This document shows, piece after piece, positions 42,425-42,517 of a stretch of 42,517 nt of DNA (position 1 is the first letter of the stretch; the number at the start of each line of letters is the position of its first letter). Both the position numbers and the translations under genes were made by a program. The notes beneath the pieces are model-generated. The model had not been told where the DNA came from. It saw only the letters and a program-made list of their open reading frames with translations, and ran no database searches. Source of the DNA: Gammaproteobacteria bacterium (GTDB taxonomy: Bacteria > Pseudomonadota > Gammaproteobacteria > Pseudomonadales > Pseudohongiellaceae); NCBI GenBank assembly GCA_030752195.1, contig JASMER010000001.1, forward strand, positions 1 to 42,517, given 5' to 3'.

Positions 42425-42517
42425 TCACCGAAGCACCGCAAGGAAGAATAGCCCGACTGCCGCTGCAATGCGCACACATCCAGTGTCTAAAACTGTAGTG
42501 CCTGCAGAAACGCTTAT
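42425..42517 (-). CDS. 3' end of a CDS entering from beyond the window (partial, hydrophobic C-terminus)
   Basis: The minus-strand frame is open from the window edge: ...ISVSAGTTVLDTGCVRIAAAVGLFFLAVLR, then TGA (42427-42425). It ends in a hydrophobic stretch plus Arg, like a C-terminal membrane anchor. The fragment is too short to classify. Confidence 0.3.
   Translation of the reverse strand: MSVSAGTTVLDTGCVRIAAAVGLFFLAVLR

Noticed and set aside
42425-42517. The hydrophobic C-terminus (...AAAVGLFFLAVLR*) as a PEP-CTERM or other sorting signal.
   Set aside because: There is no PEP (or comparable) motif immediately before the helix, and only 30 residues are visible. The evidence is insufficient.
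1-42517. Search for CRISPR arrays, IS elements or inverted terminal repeats, integrases, tRNA/rRNA genes, toxin-antitoxin or known defence-system genes.
   Set aside because: Reading the sequence and all ORFs of at least 60 aa revealed none: no regularly spaced direct repeats, no transposase- or recombinase-like ORFs, and no cloverleaf-like segments in the intergenic regions. A tRNAscan, Infernal or CRISPR-finder run would be needed for certainty.

Overview
The window is a 42.5-kb chromosomal segment of moderate to high GC. The protein families suggest a marine Gammaproteobacterium (Cellvibrionales/OM60-like), but that is inference only. I call about 40 CDS, two of them partial at the window edges, and two clear bidirectional rho-independent terminators. 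I found no rRNA, tRNA, CRISPR array, transposase, integrase or phage gene, and no recognisable transcriptional regulator.

A few housekeeping genes (trmO, tdk, a modA-like binding protein, yaiI) are scattered among a dense set of exported redox and hydrolytic enzymes. These include two PQQ beta-propeller dehydrogenases, six CxxCH heme-c motifs in four proteins, four twin-arginine (Tat) signal peptides, a GMC flavoprotein with a Tat 'hitch-hiker' small subunit, a sulfatase, a tannase-family esterase and an S10 carboxypeptidase.

The candidates most worth a second look are:
1. 28354-35305 (-): a tightly coupled gene string of triheme cytochrome c, a DUF1595/1592/1588/1585 lipoprotein with CAGCH, a Tat-exported DUF1552 protein, a 3x COG4315-repeat protein and a 355-aa unknown. 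This is a putative periplasmic redox system, and I know of no established function for it.
2. 8269-9945 (+): a secreted fusion of a Cys-less thioredoxin-like domain, a heme-c (CAQCH) domain and a PHM/DBH-like copper monooxygenase domain. It is transcribed divergently from a cytochrome-c/PQQ quinohemoprotein operon.
3. 15564-24712: an eight-gene locus that looks like a two-compartment 3-keto-glycoside (oxidise, eliminate or hydrolyse, reduce) pathway.
4. 38080-42071 (-): a soluble PQQ dehydrogenase followed by two YceI-like lipid/quinone-binding proteins and a stand-alone FMN-binding domain protein.

All family assignments come from motif and sequence recognition by eye. No database search was run.
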